Both the position numbers and the translations under genes were made by a program. The notes below the pieces were generated by a model. The model was not told the origin of the DNA and did no database searches. It saw nothing but the letters and a program-made list of their open reading frames with translations. 63,940 bases of DNA from an uncultured Candidatus Saccharibacteria bacterium (GTDB lineage: Bacteria; Patescibacteriota; Minisyncoccia; Phycocordibacterales; PALSA-1337), in assembly GCA_964542675.1 (NCBI GenBank), contig CAZIUH010000001.1, forward strand, positions 1 through 63,940, written 5' to 3'. Positions within the stretch are counted from its first letter, which is position 1. Every line of letters starts with the position of its first letter. Below are positions 20,973 to 31,854 of this stretch, in pieces.

Positions 20973-22112
20973 TCAATTATTTTTCTCGTACAATGACTCA
21001 ACCTCCGCGAGCATCTTTTCCAAAGAAAATTTTCGCGTAACAATTTCGCGCAAGGCGGCACCGTATTGTTTTCGCATGGCGGAATGTTCAATCATAAATG
21101 AAAGGGCATGCGCGAGTTCGCGGCTGTTTTTCGGCTGTACCAAGACGCCGGATCGCATATCTTCAACTATTTCCGGGATACCTCCAACTGTCGTGGCGAC
21201 AACCGGTAAGGAAGCCGAACCAGCTTCAAGAATCGTATAAGGTAAACCTTCCTTAAGCGAAGATAAAACAAAAATATTGAAAGCTTTTAAATATTCGGAG
21301 GCATTGTCAACGTAACCCGCCAATAATACGGAACTTTCCAACCTCTTTTCTTTGATCAACAAATGAAGTGTGGCAAGATCGTCACCGCCTCCAATAATCA
21401 CGCAGATCGTGTCCGGATGATCTTTTGATACTTGTTCCATGGCATTTATGAGATATGTCAACCCTTTATTTGGATGCAATTCAGCGATAGTGCCGATTAC
21501 TATTTTCTTACTTATCTCAATTAGATTCATATCGATGAGTTTACCAATCATTTGTTTCGCGCCGTCAATAGACATGAAAGTCGGTGGTTTTATCCCAAGA
21601 GGTATTAGAACGATCTTATCTTTGACTCCCGGAAAACGTGAAGCTTGTAAGTATTCTCTTTCGGACAAAAGAACGGTTTTATGCGCGAGAATCATCGTAA
21701 GCCAAGAAAAGAACGCGATCATTATTTTCTGATTTATCGGTCTATCTTCATTGAATGACCAGCCGTGCACAGTAACAATAACAGATTTAACTTTAAGCAA
21801 ACATCCGGCCAAAGCTCCCAATCCTGCGGCCTTGGGACTATGCAGGTGTAAAATATCTGGTCTTTCTCTTTTTATGAGTTTATATATTTCCTTGAATGAA
21901 TCCGCGTCCTTCTTCGTTGAAATATCTCTTTCAAGATTCGTGACTAAATATGTCTTCACGCCAATATCTTCCAATTTTTTTTGTAATATGCCTTCACCGC
22001 CAAGCGCCACAGTCACAGAGTGGCCTTTTCCTTTCATATTTTCCGCCAAATCGAAGACATGTCTTTGCGCGCCGCCCCAGTTCGACTTTGTAATCAAATA
22101 CAGTATTTTCAT
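20973..22112 (-). CDS. glycosyltransferase family 4 (GT-B fold)
   Basis: MKILYLITKSNWGGAQRHV N-terminus and C-terminal EGLPYTILEAGSASLPVVATTVGGIPE motif. Start trimmed to the ATG at 22112. Confidence 0.8.
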   Translation of the reverse strand: MKILYLITKSNWGGAQRHVFDLAENMKGKGHSVTVALGGEGILQKKLEDIGVKTYLVTNLERDISTKKDADSFKEIYKLIKRERPDILHLHSPKAAGLGALAGCLLKVKSVIVTVHGWSFNEDRPINQKIMIAFFSWLTMILAHKTVLLSEREYLQASRFPGVKDKIVLIPLGIKPPTFMSIDGAKQMIGKLIDMNLIEISKKIVIGTIAELHPNKGLTYLINAMEQVSKDHPDTICVIIGGGDDLATLHLLIKEKRLESSVLLAGYVDNASEYLKAFNIFVLSSLKEGLPYTILEAGSASLPVVATTVGGIPEIVEDMRSGVLVQPKNSRELAHALSFMIEHSAMRKQYGAALREIVTRKFSLEKMLAEVESLYEKNN

Positions 22113-22168
22113 TAACATAACAATAACAAATGTTGAACGATTTGCCAAATTATGGTATTGTCTTATCC

Positions 22169-23527
22169 ATGAAAATAGCCAATTCCAAGGCCACAATTAT
22201 ACTTATTTTGGGCGACATAATCGCTTATCTCTTTTCGCTTATTCTGACTCTTACGATTCGATATAGCTTAATACCTTCAAGAGCGCTACTTATTGATCAT
22301 TTACCTTCCTTTTCGATCCTTTTCGCCTTATTCCTTTTGGTGAATTTCAGTTCAGGACTTTATAACAAGCAGTCATCTTTTGTTCGAAATCACATTCAAG
22401 GACTTCTGCTCAAAGCGCAGATCATAAATGTATTTTTTGGCATAGCATTTTTCTATCTCGTTCCCGCGGTAATTACACCTAGGGCGAATCTTGCCATATA
22501 TTTCATCGTTTCAACAATACTCCTTTGGCTTTGGAGAGTCGTGATGTTTCCGGTATTCAACTTTGCCCGAAGTCAGCCAGCAATCTTGGTCGGTACGGGC
22601 GATGATATACAAGATATCCATGGGGAAATAAACAGCGGGACTAATTACGGCATCTTGTTCAAAGAAAAAATATCTCCTGAAATATCGATTGACGCGACCG
22701 TTAAAGCGATCGCGGATGCCGTAAAAAGGAATCAAGCTTCTGTTATCGTCGCGGATTTGCACAATCCGACGATTGAAAAGGCCATACCGTTTATGTATTC
22801 TCTTATATTTTCTGGCGTACAAATAATCGATGCTGGACGGCTTTATGAAAGTATTTTTGACCGTATTCCGTTGTCGATGATTAAAGAAAGATGGTTAGTC
22901 CTGAACACGAGCTCGGCAATTGGAACGAGGCTGGTATATGATTCTTTGAAAAGGTTGATGGATATTATTGTCGCTGGCATTGTCGGGGCTATTTCGCTTG
23001 TGTTTTATCCATTTATATATTTAGCGATTAAAATTGATGACGGTGGTCCGATTTTCATTTCTCAAGAGAGGATCGGCAAGAATGGTAAACTTATTCGAAT
23101 CACGAAGTTTCGCAGTATGACCGCGAATGATTGTGGATCTTACAAAAATGATCACGGCAGAACCGATCTTACCGTAACGCGTGTGGGAAAATTCATTCGA
23201 CTTACAAGGATTGATGAATTACCGCAGTTATGGAGTGTGATACGGGGAGATCAATCTCTTATTGGTCCGCGCCCTGAATTACCGGCGCTCGTTACCGTGT
23301 ATCAAAAAGAAATTCAATATTATGATACTCGTCACCTTATCAAACCGGGACTTTCCGGTTGGGCGCAAATATATCATCGCGCGCATCCGCATCATACGGT
23401 CGCGGTCGATGATACTCGTGACAAACTTTCTTACGATTTATATTACGTGAAAAATCGCTCATTAACTCTTGATATTAGGATCGCACTACAAACCATTAAA
23501 TCCATTTTATCAAGACAGGGAGTATGA
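22169..23527 (+). CDS. polyprenyl-phosphate sugar phosphotransferase (WbaP/bacterial sugar transferase family)
   Basis: KRLMDIIVAGI...GGPIFISQERIGKNGK...KFRSM...DELPQLWSVIRGDQSLIGPRPE. An alternative ATG lies at 22130. Confidence 0.85.
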   Translation: MKIANSKATIILILGDIIAYLFSLILTLTIRYSLIPSRALLIDHLPSFSILFALFLLVNFSSGLYNKQSSFVRNHIQGLLLKAQIINVFFGIAFFYLVPAVITPRANLAIYFIVSTILLWLWRVVMFPVFNFARSQPAILVGTGDDIQDIHGEINSGTNYGILFKEKISPEISIDATVKAIADAVKRNQASVIVADLHNPTIEKAIPFMYSLIFSGVQIIDAGRLYESIFDRIPLSMIKERWLVLNTSSAIGTRLVYDSLKRLMDIIVAGIVGAISLVFYPFIYLAIKIDDGGPIFISQERIGKNGKLIRITKFRSMTANDCGSYKNDHGRTDLTVTRVGKFIRLTRIDELPQLWSVIRGDQSLIGPRPELPALVTVYQKEIQYYDTRHLIKPGLSGWAQIYHRAHPHHTVAVDDTRDKLSYDLYYVKNRSLTLDIRIALQTIKSILSRQGV

Positions 23528-23620
23528 ATATTTTTGGTTAGACGAAGTTCAACTTCGGCATCATGTCGGGATACATGGCTGAACCTTAGATCAAGTTCGC
23601 GATATAATTGAGAGAAATAT

Positions 23621-24535
23621 ATGAATAAACGAAAGACAAAAGTGATCGTTACGGGAGGAGCCGGCTTTATCGGCAGCAATCTTGTCGATGCTCTAGTAAA
23701 AGAAGGCTACGAAGTTCACGTTATTGACAATTTAGTGGCCGGGAAACGGGAAAATATAAATAACAAGGCGAAACTTCATGTTATTGATATACGAAACAGC
23801 GAAAAACTCATCCCTATTTTCAAAAACGCAAAATATGTATTTCATCTAGCCGCGTTACCCCGCGTTCAATATTCTATTGGACATCCGGTAGAGACAAATG
23901 ACGTGAACGTAACCGGCACGATTTGTGTTCTCGAAGCTGCCAGAAAAGCAAAAGTAGAAAGATTCGTGTATTCGGCGTCCAGTTCCGCGTATGGTGATCA
24001 ACCGATTACGCCTCTTTGTGAAGAGATGACGCCCGCCCCGAAAAGCCCATACGGTTTGCAAAAATATATTGGGGAACTATATTGTCGCATCTGGTCAGAA
24101 ATATACGGTCTCAAAACCGTGTCTCTTCGATATTTCAATGTTTACGGTCTACGTCAAAGCGAGAAGGGCGCGTATGCTCTGGTAATAGCGAAATTTTTCA
24201 AACAAAAAAGGCAAAACAAACCGATGACGATTACGGGAGATGGAAAACAGACTAGGGATTTCACGAATGTTCGCGATGTGGTACGGGCTAATATTTTGGC
24301 GGCAAGGAGCAGAAAAGTGGGAAACGGGGAAATCATAAATATTGGAGGAGGCAGGAATATTTCCATGAATAAAATCGCTGAAATAATCGGTGGTTCCGTG
24401 GCTTATATTCCCGCGCGACTTGAACCGCACGACACTTTGGCGGATATAACGCGCGCCGGGAAATTTCTCGATTGGAAACCGACGATAAATATTGAACAAG
24501 GAATTCGGGAGCTGATGAAAATGGAGAACAGTTAA
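23621..24535 (+). CDS. NAD-dependent sugar epimerase/dehydratase
   Basis: VIVTGGAGFIGSNLVDAL Rossmann motif and SPYGLQKYIGE (YxxxK). Confidence 0.85.
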   Translation: MNKRKTKVIVTGGAGFIGSNLVDALVKEGYEVHVIDNLVAGKRENINNKAKLHVIDIRNSEKLIPIFKNAKYVFHLAALPRVQYSIGHPVETNDVNVTGTICVLEAARKAKVERFVYSASSSAYGDQPITPLCEEMTPAPKSPYGLQKYIGELYCRIWSEIYGLKTVSLRYFNVYGLRQSEKGAYALVIAKFFKQKRQNKPMTITGDGKQTRDFTNVRDVVRANILAARSRKVGNGEIINIGGGRNISMNKIAEIIGGSVAYIPARLEPHDTLADITRAGKFLDWKPTINIEQGIRELMKMENS

Positions 24536-24655
24536 AAAAAAGGCGAAATATTTGAAGTGACGCGTAAGCATTTTATATTCCATTTTCAACATGAAATACG
24601 ATGTTGAACCACCAGGTAGGTTGCTTTCCTCTAAAAAATCCGTACAATACCTTTC

Positions 24656-26038
24656 ATGTTTAAACATCGCGCCAAGGCCGTTTATCTCTTAATTATCGCA
24701 ATAATTATCGGCTATTTCAGTTATGCCACGCAATTTTCGGACAATTGGCTGGGTTATCATCCATTTCGTCTCGGTCTCGATCTTTCCGGCGGTTCACATC
24801 TCGTTTACAGAGCTGATATTTCCAAACTCGCCCCGGGCGATATCAGCGCCTCTATGAACTCTCTCAGAGATGTTGTTGAGCGTCGCGTGAATGTATTTGG
24901 CGTCAGTGAACCGATCGTGCAGACGCAAGAAAATGCGGCTTTAAGCGATAAGGAAAACGCCTATCGATTGATCGTTGAATTACCCGGAGTTACGGACGTG
25001 CAGGAAGCCTCAAGAAGTATCGGCGCGACGCCAGATTTGGAATTCAGGGTTGTTACCACGAAAAAGATGGAAGATTTCCAAGCGGCAAACACACAAGAGA
25101 GTTTTGGCACGACCACCGCGGAACAAACTTTTGCTTATTTGGCATTGTTCGAAACAACCGGTTTGACGGGTCGTATGGTCGCGCGCGCCAATCTTCAATT
25201 CAATCCGACAACAAATCAGCCGGCAGTCGGTTTGAATTTTACCAATGAAGGCCGCGATTTGTTCGCGAAAATTACAAAGGAACATATCGGCGATTATGTT
25301 GGCATTTTCTTGGATGGTCAACCGATATCTGTTCCTGTTGTTCGCGAAGCAATCATTGATGGCAAAGCTGAGATCAGTGGTAGCTTCACCACGGACGAAG
25401 CCAGTAAACTTGTTCGTGATTTGAATTATGGCGCCCTACCCGTACCTCTCACTCTCATTTCCACGCAGACTATCGGCCCATCTCTCGGCGCGGCGGCTGT
25501 GGATGGCGGTATTCGTGCCGGTATTATCGCTCTTATTCTCATAAGCGTATTTCTTGTTGTTTGGTATCGTCTGCCTGGACTCGTGGCCGTTGTCGCCCTT
25601 GGCATTTACACCGCGGTTATGCTTGCTCTCTTCAAACTCATTCCAGTTACTCTGACTGCCGCGGGCATTGCCGGTTTCATCATCACTATAGGCATGGCAG
25701 TCGACGCGAATATTCTCATTTTTGAAAGAATGAAAGAAGAACTTCGCCGCGGTCGCGGTATTTGGGATGCCATGCATGAAGGCTTCGCTCGCGCCTGGAC
25801 ATCTATTCGTGATTCTAATATTTCCAGCATTATTACGGGCACAATCCTTTATTATTTCGGTAGTTCATCCATTGTAACCGGTTTTGCCCTAGTCTTCATT
25901 ATTGGAGTTTTAGTCAGTATGTTTACGGCAATCACCGTGTCACGATTGTTCCTGTACGCGGTGGCGCCGCAAAAACAGACGAAATTATCGTTGTTTCTTG
26001 TAAGTAACGGCTTTACGCGGAATAGAATTACGAATTAA
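24656..26038 (+). CDS. secD: protein translocase subunit SecD
   Basis: LGLDLSGGSHLVY, periplasmic domain, C-terminal 6-TM region, adjacent secF. Confidence 0.9.
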   Translation: MFKHRAKAVYLLIIAIIIGYFSYATQFSDNWLGYHPFRLGLDLSGGSHLVYRADISKLAPGDISASMNSLRDVVERRVNVFGVSEPIVQTQENAALSDKENAYRLIVELPGVTDVQEASRSIGATPDLEFRVVTTKKMEDFQAANTQESFGTTTAEQTFAYLALFETTGLTGRMVARANLQFNPTTNQPAVGLNFTNEGRDLFAKITKEHIGDYVGIFLDGQPISVPVVREAIIDGKAEISGSFTTDEASKLVRDLNYGALPVPLTLISTQTIGPSLGAAAVDGGIRAGIIALILISVFLVVWYRLPGLVAVVALGIYTAVMLALFKLIPVTLTAAGIAGFIITIGMAVDANILIFERMKEELRRGRGIWDAMHEGFARAWTSIRDSNISSIITGTILYYFGSSSIVTGFALVFIIGVLVSMFTAITVSRLFLYAVAPQKQTKLSLFLVSNGFTRNRITN

Positions 26039-26105
26039 GAATTGCGAATCAAACAATAAAGCTTCATATTTCGCGATGTTATCAATAATTCTTAATTCAT
26101 AATTC
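26025..26105. repeat. GAATTAN heptad repeat forming a 19-bp inverted repeat in the secD-secF spacer
   Basis: gaattacgaattaagaatt (26025-26043) against aattcttaattcataattc (26087-26105), with one mismatch. Confidence 0.7.
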
Positions 26106-26114
26106 AACAACACC

Positions 26115-27008
26115 ATGTGGGTAATAAATAATCGAAAAATCTTTTATACTTTCTCAATCATTCTCGTGACCGCCTCGTTGGCGTCGCTACTTGTTTGGGG
26201 TCTAAAACCCGGTGTGGACTTTTCTGGCGGAACATTGATCGAAGTTGCGTATCCCTCAGGAATTCCAGATCAGTCACGGATTATTGAAACACTCTCAAAT
26301 ATTGATTCAGCGGTTTCAGTCAGACGAAGCGGCGATGACGGATATATAGTCAGAATGAAAGCGATAAATGAAGATACTCACGCGCTTGTGATGGAAGCTC
26401 TTTCTTTGGGTGGTGCCGCGCAACCAGTCGAGAAAACTTTCGACTCAATCGGTCCGATTCTCGGTGCCGAAACATTACGCAAATCGTATATTTCAATCGT
26501 TCTGGTTATTCTTGGAATAGTACTCTATATCACATTCGCGTTCAGGAAAGTTTCGCAACCGGTTTCTTCCTGGAAATACGGCTTGGTCGCGATTGTCGCG
26601 CTTATTCACGATGTTATTATTCCAACTGGACTCTTTTCTATTCTCGGCCATTTCGCCGGCTATGAAGTAAATACGTTATTTATCACCGCGCTTCTGGTTA
26701 TTCTCGGCTTTTCCGTTCACGACACTATTGTTGTATTCGATCGTGTTCGTGAGAACTTGAAGAATGCCGGTGGAAGAAAACCGTTCAAGGATGTCGTAGG
26801 AGAAAGTATCAGTCAAACTTTCACGCGTTCAATCAATACTTCCATGACCACGCTTATCGCCCTGATAGTCTTGTATTTTGTCGGTGGCGCAACCACACAG
26901 CATTTTTCTCTAGCTCTTATCGTCGGTATTGCCGCTGGTACATATTCTTCTATTTTCGTTGGTTCGGCATTACTAGTGACGGTTGAAGAATTACAAAAAA
27001 GAAAATAA
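26115..27008 (+). CDS. secF: protein translocase subunit SecF
   Basis: GVDFSGGTLIEV N-terminus and 6 TM segments, directly downstream of secD. Confidence 0.9.
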   Translation: MWVINNRKIFYTFSIILVTASLASLLVWGLKPGVDFSGGTLIEVAYPSGIPDQSRIIETLSNIDSAVSVRRSGDDGYIVRMKAINEDTHALVMEALSLGGAAQPVEKTFDSIGPILGAETLRKSYISIVLVILGIVLYITFAFRKVSQPVSSWKYGLVAIVALIHDVIIPTGLFSILGHFAGYEVNTLFITALLVILGFSVHDTIVVFDRVRENLKNAGGRKPFKDVVGESISQTFTRSINTSMTTLIALIVLYFVGGATTQHFSLALIVGIAAGTYSSIFVGSALLVTVEELQKRK

Positions 27009-27049
27009 GACATCAATTCAAAAACGTTGTTATCAAGGCTATAATCCCC

Positions 27050-27077
27050 TTGACTTTATTCCTGGGCCAAGTAATAT
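27050..27077 (+). promoter_or_regulatory. candidate promoter of the 16S rRNA gene
   Basis: ttgact (27050-27055), 16-nt spacer, taatat (27072-27077). Confidence 0.4.
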
Positions 27078-27684
27078 GATATCCACGCTGTGAACGGCAC
27101 AGTGGTACTTTGAAAATCTCATAGAGAACGTTCCTACAAAGTGTTCCAACTCTGTAGGATATAGTAGTGTCCTTCTTCGCTCCTATCGGAGCTTCGGAAG
27201 GACAGTGCAAGTTAAAAGTTATATTCAAACAATAATTCAAAACATAGAAAAGAGCTGTGTCGGATTTTTAATATAAATCGAAACATAAAATTGAAGTTCC
27301 CTCGGCAAAAGCTTTGGGATGAATTCTAAACGGAATTCAGCTTTCTATTTTGTTCCGTTCGTTTATAGTTAAGAGTTTGATCCTAGCTCAGGATGAACGC
27401 TGGCGACGTGGATAAGGCATGCAAGTCAAGGGGGCCTCGCAAGAGGCAACCGGCAGACGAGGTAGTAATAATCAAGTACTTACCGTGGAGTCGGGCATAG
27501 CTCGTCGAAAGACGGGGTAATTCCCGATAGTCCCTGAAACCGCAAGGCCGAAGGGTAAAGAATTTTGCTCCATGAGTGGCTTGATCGGTATCAGGTAGTT
27601 GGTAGGGTAATGGCCTACCAAGCCTATGACGCCTAGGGGAGCTGAGAGGCTGACCCCCACCGAGGGCACTGAGACACGGGCCCT

Positions 27685-27715
<31 letters not shown>

Positions 27716-27843
27716 CCGCAATGGGCGAAAGCCTGACGGAGCGACGTCGCGTGGAGGAGGAAGTACTTCGGTACGTAAACTCCTTTTGCCAGGGAAAAAG
27801 TCTATTGATTGTACCTGGAGAATAAGAGGTTGCTAAACTCGTG

Positions 27844-28802
27844 AACTGTCTGGTTTAAGCACCAGACAAATCCTAAATTAGCATTAATAATTTGTAAATA
27901 CCGTGCGCGACTAGGAACTGTAAAGCTCCTAGAAAATTCGGCTTATATGCTGGGACTCTAATAAGGGCTGCGATTCGATGAATGTCGGATTCCTTTATAG
28001 ATAATCAGCAGGGAAGTCGATATAATTGAGTGATGCAATTGTCACAGAAACAGAAAGAAATAATTGTTGGGACATTGTTAGGTGATGGAAATCTGGAGTT
28101 TGATGGCCATAAAGCCAGTAGACTGCAGATAAAACAATGCGAATTCAAGAAAGAATACGTATTTTGGATTTACCACGAATTGAAAGATTTGGTAAAGACA
28201 CCACCTCAACAGAGAAAAGATAATAAGCAATGGTATTTCGCGACGAGATCTATTGCTGAACTAGAGTCTTTTAGAAATATTTTCTATAAAGACCGAAGAA
28301 AAATAGTGCCAACAAATATTGAAAAATTACTAATTTTACCGTTAAGTCTTGCTATTTGGTTTATGGATGATGGCACTTTGGATTATCGAGTCAAATCACA
28401 TTACTCGTATAATCTAAGTACAGATTCATTTATGTTAAACGAGGTAAGACTCCTGATAGGGATTCTGGATCGTAGGTTTGGAATAAAATCATCGATTCAA
28501 ACACCTTCTTCAAGGGGTAAGAAATATGTAAAATTGTATATTGGTAAAGATGGTCGAGATAAGTTTCTCGAAATTATCAAACCACATATACTTTCTTGTT
28601 TTAATTACAAATTGCCACCTGTTATATTTGACCCCTCAGAGACTGATCTTGAGAAAGTGTAAGAAAATTATACTTTCAAAATAGTGAGATAAAGAATTGA
28701 ATTAGATTTTTTATCAGACGCCGAACCCCTTCAGATATTAATATATTTAAAGGGTGATGATATAGTCCGATCCTCACAGTGATGTGAGTCAAATCAAAAA
28801 GG
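27844..28802 (+). mobile_element. group-I-like intron in 16S inside the 515-530 region (GTG|CCAGCAGC)
   Basis: Break in a universal block. Contains tatatgctgggac...gataatcagcagggaag (same motif as the 23S intron at 10.2 kb) and gatatagtcc near its 3' end. Confidence 0.8.
28033..28662 (+). CDS. LAGLIDADG homing endonuclease
   Basis: IIVGTLLGDGNL and LAIWFMDDGTL motifs. Confidence 0.8.
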   Translation: MQLSQKQKEIIVGTLLGDGNLEFDGHKASRLQIKQCEFKKEYVFWIYHELKDLVKTPPQQRKDNKQWYFATRSIAELESFRNIFYKDRRKIVPTNIEKLLILPLSLAIWFMDDGTLDYRVKSHYSYNLSTDSFMLNEVRLLIGILDRRFGIKSSIQTPSSRGKKYVKLYIGKDGRDKFLEIIKPHILSCFNYKLPPVIFDPSETDLEKV

Positions 28803-29080
28803 CCAGCAGCAGCGGTAATACGAGTGCCTCGAGCGTTATCCGGAATTATTGGGCGTAAAGGGTGTGTAGGTGGCTCTGGTTAGTCTCCCGTAAAATTCCT
28901 CGGCTCAACCGAGGGCGCGCGGGAGAAACGACAGGGCTCGAGTATGGAAAAGGTCTCTGGAACTCATGGTGTAGCGGTGAAATGCGTTGATATCATGGGG
29001 AACACCAAAAGCGAAGGCAGGAGACTGGTCCATTACTGACACTGAAACACGAAAGCGTGGGTAGCGAATGGGATTAGATA

Positions 29081-30136
29081 AATCCCGCCCCTGCTACATG
29101 AAAAAGGGGCGAAGGGTGTCCCTCATTCTAGCGATAGAATGACGAGCATTCAGCTGTATCGGTGAAACTCCTTACAATTATGAGATTTACTGGTCTCGTA
29201 AGGACAACCCCGAGGGAAGTTATTCAACAATTTTTTGTTGAATAATCCCGTAGAGACTATGAAGCATAGTGTGATAGAAGGAGTTAATTATGAAAAATCA
29301 CGTTAACACCTTTGTCTAAAAAAATTGAATCAATCATTCTTGGTTCATTGCTCGGAGATGGTTCGTTAATCATTTCTGATAAGTATCAAAATGCTAGATT
29401 TTCATTCAGACATTCATATGTCCAAAAGGAATATTTCCAATGGAAGGCGGATGAGTTGAAGGAAATCACAAGCAATCGATCGCAATGGATTCAAGGGACT
29501 GAAAGTAAGTCCGATGGGTTGGGAACGATTAAATATCGGTTTCAGAGTGCGGCATTGCCGTCTTTGACTGAATTATATCGTCTGACTCATAAGGGTACAT
29601 CAGGTCCAAAGGCAAGAGTTAGACGGGCATGGCTGAATAAGCTTACCCCGTTATCGCTTGCAGTATGGTGGCTTGATGATGGATCGTTAGTTTCTGATTC
29701 TCGCCAAGGAGTTTTATGTACAGATAGTTTTTCTTTACAAGAAGTAGAAATACTTCAAAAGTATTTAGAAAATATCTGGAATATAAAAACTGCTTTAGGG
29801 AAAGTCAGGAAGACCGAACACTATCGGTTGTGGATACGAAGTACTGAAGAACTCAAGAAATTCTTGAGCATTATTATTCCTCATATTTTCATTGAAAATA
29901 TGTTGTATAAAATCCTTCTTGTATACAAAGATCCTATGCTTCAACAACGCTGGATATCTGAAGTAGTAAACTTAGGAAGTTTTTCTGAAGAAATTGTTTT
30001 ACAACAATTACAAAAGAAGAAATCTAAGATGAAAAATTTCAGGTAAAGATATAGTCCGGACTTCGTGGTAACACGAAGAGTGGTATAGAAATATAATCAC
30101 CAATTACCCTAAAAAGTAATATGTAACAACAATCAA
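29081..30136 (+). mobile_element. intron in 16S inside the 785-806 region (GGATTAGATA|CCCCAGTAGTCC)
   Basis: Break in a universal block. Contains gtagagactatgaagcatagtg and gatatagtcc. Confidence 0.8.
29312..30046 (+). CDS. LAGLIDADG homing endonuclease (TTG start as tracked)
   Basis: IILGSLLGDGSL and LAVWWLDDGSL motifs. Confidence 0.75.
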   Translation: MSKKIESIILGSLLGDGSLIISDKYQNARFSFRHSYVQKEYFQWKADELKEITSNRSQWIQGTESKSDGLGTIKYRFQSAALPSLTELYRLTHKGTSGPKARVRRAWLNKLTPLSLAVWWLDDGSLVSDSRQGVLCTDSFSLQEVEILQKYLENIWNIKTALGKVRKTEHYRLWIRSTEELKKFLSIIIPHIFIENMLYKILLVYKDPMLQQRWISEVVNLGSFSEEIVLQQLQKKKSKMKNFR

Positions 30137-30497
30137 CCCCAGTAGTCCACGCCCTAAACGATGATCTCTCGATTTGAGGAGTATCGACCCTCCTCGAGTC
30201 CAAGCTAACGCGTTAAGAGATCCGCCTGGGTAGTACGACCGCAAGGTTGAAACTCAAAGGAATAGACGGGGACTTGCACAAGCGGTGGAACATGTGGTTC
30301 AATTCGACGATAAACGAAGAACCTTACCAGGCTTAGACATCCAGACGAAGACATTAGGAAACTAATGTCGCCGAAAGGCGGCTGGACAGGTGCTGCATGG
30401 CTGTCGTCAGTTCGTGGCTTGAGCTGTTCCCTTCAGTGGGGTAACGAACGCAACCCCTGTTGTCTGTTACAAGTATCAGACGAGACCGCCCAGCCCG

Positions 30498-30631
30498 TAG
30501 AATGTAAAGGACGAAGTAATTAGCGGAGAAAAGATCTTGCGCAGGCGCGAAGGCGCCGAGCAAAAGGAAAAATTCCAGCAGGAATTTATTCCGGTCTTTT
30601 CGGAGCTAGTTACTTCGGCCGTTATGTTTTG
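30498..30631 (+). other. about 134-nt ORF-less expansion in a 16S 3'-domain hairpin
   Basis: cccagcccg (30489-30497) pairs with cgggctggg (30632-30640). E. coli has a 15-nt hairpin at the equivalent position before GGAGGAAGGTGGGG. Confidence 0.6.
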
Positions 30632-30863
30632 CGGGCTGGGAGGAAGGTGGGGATGACGCCAAGTCAGCATGGCCCTTTGACGGCCTGGGCTACACACGTG
30701 TTACAATCGCGACTACAACGGGACGCAATATCGCAAGATGGAGCAAACCCTTACAAAGTCGCGCCAGTTCGGATTGAGGTCTGCAACTCGACCTCATGAA
30801 GCCGGAATCGCTAGTAATCGCGGGTCAGCTATACCGCGGTGAATACGTTCTCAAGTCTTGTAC

Positions 30864-31854
30864 TCGGGTCGCTATGCGATCGAGTACGCTAGTTGGAAAA
30901 TCCAACCGAGGCAATCAACAGTGTCTTGAAGCGAAATCACAGTCTACTGTCCGCGAGGACTATAGATGAAGGGAGAAAGTAGCATTTCTTAGCTTGAATG
31001 TCAGTTATGGCATATACCATAGGTCATCCTGCGAGTACATGGAGAAACCTACTGTCGAAAAAATGTGGTATATGTATCGTGACATCGAGATGAGAAAAAA
31101 CAGTGTATTCGGTTACCGTAGGAGATCTTGTATTTTACTCGTTGTGTTGTACACACCGAGAAATTGTGTTAGTAATGATACAATTATGATATGCAAGAAG
31201 TCAGCAGAGTTCGTAGTACCAAAAGGAAAGATGCTCGGTTTAACCCCAAGCTACAACTTCCGATTGGGAAGGAACAAATTCAAAGGAAAAAGTTAGATCC
31301 TCAATATATCGCAGGATTTATTGATGGAGAAGGATCTTTTTCGATCAGTATTGGAAAACACAAGACACTGCGCCGTGGTTTCGAAGTCCGTCCGGAATTT
31401 GAAATAGAATTACGGAAGGATGATCAAGAAATCTTAGAGCGTTTGCTTGTTACTATCGGAATCGGAAGAATTTATGATTGCTCGTACGAGCGATATGGAT
31501 GGTATCCACATGCAAAGTACAAAATTACCAGCATATGGGACTTGAAAGAATATTTATTTCCGTTTCTCGATAAAAATCCATTGCAAGCGAAAAAGAAAAA
31601 ATCCTACCTACTTTTCAAACGAATTGTTCTCATGGTTTGCGCCAAAGAACATTTGTCTCTGGAGGGATTTAACAGGATTGTAAAGCTTCGCGATGAGCTT
31701 AGGGCTCTAGGGAAGAAAGCTAAAACTTATCATGGCACGGTAAGTGAATTCGATAAAAAAATCGAATAAGCAACCTTTGAAAAACGCGAGGGTGCGGGAA
31801 AACCGCTTGCCCCGTGTTGAAGAGAATTATAATGGTAACATTATAAAACATCAA
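30864..31854 (+). mobile_element. intron in 16S inside the 1390-1400 region (CTTGTAC|ATACCGCCCGTCA)
   Basis: Break in a universal block. Carries a LAGLIDADG ORF. Confidence 0.8.
31191..31769 (+). CDS. LAGLIDADG homing endonuclease
   Basis: YIAGFIDGEGSFSIS motif. Confidence 0.75.
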   Translation: MQEVSRVRSTKRKDARFNPKLQLPIGKEQIQRKKLDPQYIAGFIDGEGSFSISIGKHKTLRRGFEVRPEFEIELRKDDQEILERLLVTIGIGRIYDCSYERYGWYPHAKYKITSIWDLKEYLFPFLDKNPLQAKKKKSYLLFKRIVLMVCAKEHLSLEGFNRIVKLRDELRALGKKAKTYHGTVSEFDKKIE

